NCBI GenBank assembly: GCA_002269645.1
Contig: NIVC01000130.1
Span: 682,001-746,000 of the forward strand
DNA from: Macrostomum lignano
Taxonomy: Eukaryota
Direction of reading: 5' to 3'
DNA length: 64,000 nucleotides
A model generated the notes under the pieces. That model searched no databases. It had not been told where the DNA came from and saw only the letters and a program-made list of their open reading frames with translations. This document shows positions 61,101-64,000 of this stretch, piece by piece (within the stretch, counting starts at the first letter, position 1; every line of letters begins with the position of its first letter). Position numbers and translations under genes: made by a program.

Positions 61101-63449
61101 ATATTTTGACCAATAGGGTATCTCACGAATGCCTGAAATGTATTTATGATTTAGCAATGTTCACTTTTATCGTAGATTTTTGCGCGTGCCAATTTCAGCT
61201 ACATCCCGCCGCTGGCACGAATTGCCAAATTTCAACTTACGCCTTCGCTTCTTCTCCATCCTTCTGGCTCGCTTGGCAGCCCTTCGCGCCTTCTCTTCTT
61301 TCTCCTGGCTTGCCCGGCATTTGTGAAAGTTTTCAACAACAACGCCGACAAACATGTTAAGCACGAAGAAGCCTACTAATAGTAGGAACGAGATAAAATA
61401 CAGCAGCAGCCACTCGTTGTTGTTCTCCTTCGGCTGCTGATTTTCGCCCACAGCGTCCAGTCCCGTGTACATAATTTGAACCCAGCCGTCTCTTGATGAC
61501 AAAACAAACAGCGCCATAAGTGCCTGGCCAAGGTTGTCAAAGTTGTACTTGTGCCTTTCCCAGGTGTTGCGCCTGTCGGCCAAACAGTTGGTTTTGTTGG
61601 TGACGCCTGTCAAATCGGGTCCTTTGCAGTAGAAAAACTTTCCTTTAAAAAGTTGTACACCAAGAATGCCAAAAATGATGAAGAATGTGCAACAGATTAA
61701 CACGATGTTGCCTATGGGTCTAAGCGAAGACAGCAGAGTTTGCACGACCAATTTGAGCCCTGGTGCCCTGCTAATCACGCGCAAAGGTCGTAAAGTTCGT
61801 AACAGGCGGAAAACCCGTAAAATTCCGAAAATCCGACTAGTACTACCAAACAGTAGTACCACGAGGATATCAATCAGTGAAATGAACACGAGAGCTCCGT
61901 CCATTATGTTCCAACCGCTTCGCAAATAGGAATGACGACTTATAATGAGACCGTGGGATACTAGCTTAATTAGCATCTCGACCGTAAATATGACCGTAAA
62001 TATATTGTTGCTGAGACTGAGGAATTGACGCTCCTGAAATTGTTTGTGCAATTACATCGTCACATATGTAACAAATAAAAGTACATTATTACAACAAAGT
62101 ACAAAACAACTTACTGTACTATTCTGTGGAATCGAAGGTCTTTCCATAGCCAGAGTGATGCAGTTCAGAGCGATGAAAAATAGTACTGTGTAGTCGAACC
62201 ATCGCTGCTGCGTTATCTTATTGCACAATAAGCGGAATCTGGCGGACATGTGGGTGATTATTAATAAATATGCGAACTTAACCCATCAGTAATAATCTAA
62301 ACTACCTTGATGAGCTTCGTTCACTTCTCCACCTACGAGCGTACATTACCGTTTCTTAATCGGTAATTTAAATATCCATACAGTGAAAAATAGTTTCTAC
62401 AATTTCTTATTCAAGATTTCCTGATTGCAAAGATAGACAGTAGATTTACCTGTTAGTTGGACTGAACAGATACAATGCGTAGTCTTCGCGATCTTTGAAA
62501 CAGCCAGTGGTCGGTACAACATACTCGCTGAGCCATTTCAGCTGCTGCAAAATTGGTAGATGAGAGCTTCTATTGTAGAAATCGTTGGAACGGCGGAAGC
62601 ACTTTTCTGACAGCTACGATACAATACAGTAGACATTTGGAGGCGGCTATCACATGCTCGAAATCCTTCATAAGATCAAAAATTCACTTGATTAAGTATT
62701 CAAGTCGTCAAATTGTTTTGGTTTTTTTTCGACGCTGTAAAAAGTGAACCTATGATGTCCCACTTTGCCTGTATGCCTTGTCTATGTAGCTAGTGCTTTG
62801 CAAGCGGAGATTGTCACTAAGTAACCTCCGCTGCCATAGACAATAAAATTAACGCCTTGAGCCAGAGTGAGGTTGGTTGAGCACTTTCTTCTACCATAGA
62901 CAAAACGTGTCCCGCGAATACAGGGAGCGGAGAACACTCATAATCTCCGCAAATCTAGTCAATATTCTCCGCTCCTTGCATTCGTGAGATACATTTCAAT
63001 AACCAACTGAAATTTGGAGAATTTCTATGCAGACAGACATTCTCCTCGTTTCAGTAGGTTATTATACATGTTTCGAGCTAGTGATATTCTTGTACTTGTG
63101 AAAGCAACCACAGACACTTCTCCCATATCCTCTTACCAAATCGTCCTCCGTACTAGCGTTGCTGTCACGCTCCTCTTCGGCTCCGGATTCTCTTTCGACT
63201 GGACGTCCGGCAGAGCCTTCGCATGCCCGCCGGCTGCCCAGCTGCGATCGGTTACTGCTGAAACTTCCAGCGCCGTCTTCGTCGTCCTTGTTATTGTCCA
63301 AGTTGCGCATTCCCAATTCGTCGGCTTGATTTTCAATTGGCGACGAGCGGAGAAACGGGCCGCGACCGTTGCTGCCGTCAGACTGATGGCGAGCCACGAG
63401 TTGGCCGTTGCAACCACTGGAAGGTTCATCGGTGGACTTTTCATTTTTA
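58162..63449 (-). CDS. Cav3: Voltage-gated T-type calcium channel alpha-1 (Cav3), 5'-partial: II-III linker through C-terminus. Exons 63449-63137, 62544-62450, 62238-62115, 62033-61241, 61132-60981, 60891-60782, 60692-60562, 60244-60095, 59956-59679, 59167-59048, 58362-58162
   Basis: Domain III S4 [43 protein letters not shown]; pore SSRDGW (D); III-IV linker EKKRR; domain IV S4 [32 protein letters not shown]; pore [12 protein letters not shown] (D); S6 [21 protein letters not shown]. Asp in DIII and DIV is diagnostic of T-type. All introns are GT-AG and phase-consistent. The last exon is less certain. Confidence 0.96.
58520..58805. repeat. Degenerate 10-bp repeat (CATCCTGTGT)
   Basis: Tandem array in the last Cav3 intron. 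Confidence 0.85.
59295..59625 (-). mobile_element. tRNA-derived SINE copy in a Cav3 intron
   Basis: Co-linear with 53305-53663 over ~300 bp; head GGCGCTCTTACGTGCCAGCGGTCCGGGCTCGATTCC. Confidence 0.85.
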
Positions 63450-64000
63450 CTTTTAAACAGTCCTTAAACATTTCTGAATTGATTTTGTTTTCGTAATTAG
63501 GTCGAATTCGCTACTCGTATTTATAATAGACGATTTCGACTTAGTAACAATAAATGTAAAATGTGATGCACATTTCGGACAATATGTGAAAACGCGAATT
63601 AGCGGTTGGCAACAAAGAACTTAAATTAAACCCCATTTACCTTCCAATGTGCTTTTAAAGTGCGTAAATAGAATGATTTGTAGGTGCACACTTGAGATAC
63701 GCGCTGAGATGCGTTGGATTTTAAGAAATCAATTTACCTATGAGACCTATAGGAAAACTAGCCTTTTGATCAACAGATTTATGCTGCAAGTCCTAAGACG
63801 AAAGTTCCTTTTGTGGCTTTGGATGCCCAACTAAAACTATACGAGTATGATAAACCTACTCGCATGGGTGTTAGCACAAGGGCTGCGGTTTGCGCTAGGC
63901 TTGCCTTGAGCAAACCGGCTTTAGTGCCCAAGTGCGCTGCGTCTGTGGTGCGCCCCCCCCGCCGCGTGTGTACGTTCTGTGTTGTTTAGGTGGGCGCCCA

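Noticed and set aside
61133-61240. Alternative donor extending the Cav3 III-IV linker (exon 25c-like)
   Set aside because: No GT of compatible phase before the in-frame stop at 61167; intron retention would truncate the channel.

Overview
Eukaryotic (metazoan invertebrate) genomic DNA: spliceosomal multi-exon genes with polyQ/polyA low-complexity exons and introns packed with locally born minisatellites. The style is consistent with a free-living flatworm such as Macrostomum, but that is inference only. Gene models were built by hand from GT/GC-AG sites and phase matching. They are: CNOT3 (3' part, +); an unannotated 58-aa secreted Cys/His-rich peptide (+); a 6-exon coiled-coil orphan with a probable GC-AG intron (+); a PLAC8-family gene (+); a satellite-disrupted pseudogene (-); a monofunctional PHM-like copper monooxygenase lacking the CuM methionine (+); an ankyrin-repeat/SOCS-box gene (+); a 7-exon internally duplicated helical-repeat orphan (-); an SRCIN1/KIAA1217-like coiled-coil gene (+); and the 3' half of a T-type (Cav3) calcium channel (-). 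Non-coding highlights are two pairs of inverted satellite arrays, a CAAGGAC-ended 8-bp-TSD MITE family with 141-bp and 50-bp members, a tRNA-derived SINE in 4-5 copies, and about 25 distinct tandem arrays. Most long ORFs in the supplied track are repeat artefacts. No CRISPR, rRNA or intact tRNA was found.
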